From the human T2T-CHM13v2.0 reference genome, Homo sapiens, in the NCBI RefSeq assembly GCF_009914755.1, contig NC_060935.1: a stretch of DNA of 64,000 nt. The stretch is one strand, 5' to 3'. How positions within the stretch are numbered: position 1 is the stretch's first letter; each line of letters begins with the position of its first letter. Shown here piece by piece: positions 62,480 to 64,000 of the stretch. Both the position numbers and the translations under genes were made by a program. The notes under the pieces are model-generated. The model ran no database searches. It saw only the letters and a list, made by a program, of their open reading frames with translations, and was not told the origin of the DNA.

Positions 62480-64000
62480 GGGCAGGGAGCAGGTGGCTCA
62501 CACCTGTAATCCCAGCACTTTGGGAGGCCAAGGCAGGCTGATCACGAGGTCAGGAGATTGAGACCATCCTGGCCAACATGGTGAAACTCCATCTCTACTA
62601 TAAGTACAAAAATTAGCTGGGCGTGGTGGCACATGCCTGTAGTCCCAGCTACTCGGGAGGCGGAGGTTGCAGTGAGCCGAGATCATGCCACTGCACTCCA
62701 GCCTGGCGACAGAGCGAGACTCCGCCTCAAAAAAAAAATTATCTTCAGTCCCAGTAAAAGTATTTTTCTATTTGGCAACATTGCGTTCTATTTCAGCTAC
62801 AGTACAGTCACTAAATAATCTAGTAAACTCACTTTACACAGAGATTGCCTAAGGTGGAATATACTGGTTAGTGTATCCAGTCCACTTGACAGTTATGGTT
62901 CTCATCACAAATGAATGACCTGGCACTCCGTTTTATATATCAGCCTCTCATTAAACCCCATCTCTAAAAAACTACAAAAAATTAGCCGGGTGTGGTGGTA
63001 CACACCTGTAGTCCCAGCTACTCAGGAGGCCGAGGTGAGAGGATCACTTGAGCCCGGGAGGCAGAGGTTGCAGTGAACCAAGATCACACCACTGCACTCC
63101 AGCCTGGGCGACAGAGCGAGACCCTGTCTCAAACAAAAAAACAAAACAAAACAAACAAACAAACAAAAAAACCATGCACAAGAAAAAGAGCTGAGAGACA
63201 TATACCAAAATCACCAAAGTCATTATATTAGGGTAGCAGGCATATGGGTAAATTGTTTTCCTTTCCCTTATCAAAAATTCTACAACTCTATAATATCACT
63301 TTTATAATTTCAAAATTGAGGTACTAACAATGAATGTACATATTATTTTCTCAGACTCAAATTTGGTTCTGCAAACCACGTTAGTGAACCATCACAATCA
63401 AAGCCTAAGGGCATTTCATAAGAGGCATTTGGGGCCGGGCACAATGGCTCACATCTGTAATCCCAGCACTTTGGGAGGCAGAGGCAAGAAGATTGCCTGG
63501 GCTCAGGAGTTCAAGACCAACATGAGGAACACAGCAAGACCTCATTTCTACTAAAGATAAAAAAAAATTAGCTGGGCATGGTGAGGTATGCCTGTAGTCC
63601 CAGCTACTCAGGAGGGTGAGGTGGGAGGAATGCTTGAGCCCAAGAGATCAAAGTTGCATTGAGTAATGATTGTGCCACTGCATTTCAGCCTGGGCAATAG
63701 AGTGAGACCCTGTTTCAAAAAAAAAGAAGAAAAAATGGCGTGGGGTTGGGGGTATTTTGTTACTGTTTGGAGAAAGGCTTTACTCAGTCTTCCATGGTAA
63801 CTGCTGCTGAAAAGGAGTCCTAAAATGTCATACCATCTCACAAAATGAGAATGGGCCTTTGTAGTTCCTAACAAATAGAAAATTAATCTTTTGAGGTTTT
63901 CTGGGGTTTTTTTGTTGTTGTTTTTTGGGTTTTGTTTTTTGAGACAGAGTCCCACTCTGTTGCCTAGGCTGGAGTGCAGTGGTGCGATCTCGGCTCACTG
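62480..64000. mobile_element. Alus at about 62480-62738 (+), 62960-63140 (+, partial), 63433-63725 (+), 63905-64000 (-, cut by the window edge)
   Basis: Alu consensus motifs. Confidence 0.9.

Noticed and set aside
62640-62670. Alu with a shortened right arm as a new subfamily
   Set aside because: Explained by a simple deletion between cgggagg microhomologies in a single copy

Overview
Primate (very likely human) genomic DNA containing the 3' two-thirds of INTS4 (Integrator complex subunit 4) on the minus strand. I traced 14 coding exons by hand (62111 down to the stop at 2175-2177; 1902 nt = 633 aa + stop). All have GT-AG boundaries and phase-compatible junctions, and the frame has no disruption. 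The exon numbers 10-23 assume the known 23-exon structure. The introns are dense in Alu, L1, MIR/L2, MaLR/ERVL LTR and DNA-transposon relics. Most notable: (1) a 179-bp tandem duplication that created a second intact, in-frame copy of an 81-nt INTS4 exon; (2) a 28S rRNA-L1 chimeric retrocopy with an intact I-PpoI/R2 target site; (3) a 190-bp perfectly identical tract between two otherwise diverged L1 copies 21 kb apart, a candidate gene conversion; (4) an SVA with an apparent 3' transduction; (5) a U12-type intron; (6) candidate antisense (+ strand) exons, probably from the neighbouring AAMDC gene; (7) an Alu/L1 composite under one target-site duplication (TSD), a Ricksha-type transposon, a long inverted repeat and a 75-bp local duplication. 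I see no evidence of a wholly new multi-gene system; the duplicated exon and the L1 identity tract are the best candidates for undescribed biology. Repeat boundaries and subfamily names are approximate and come from recognition, not from a search.
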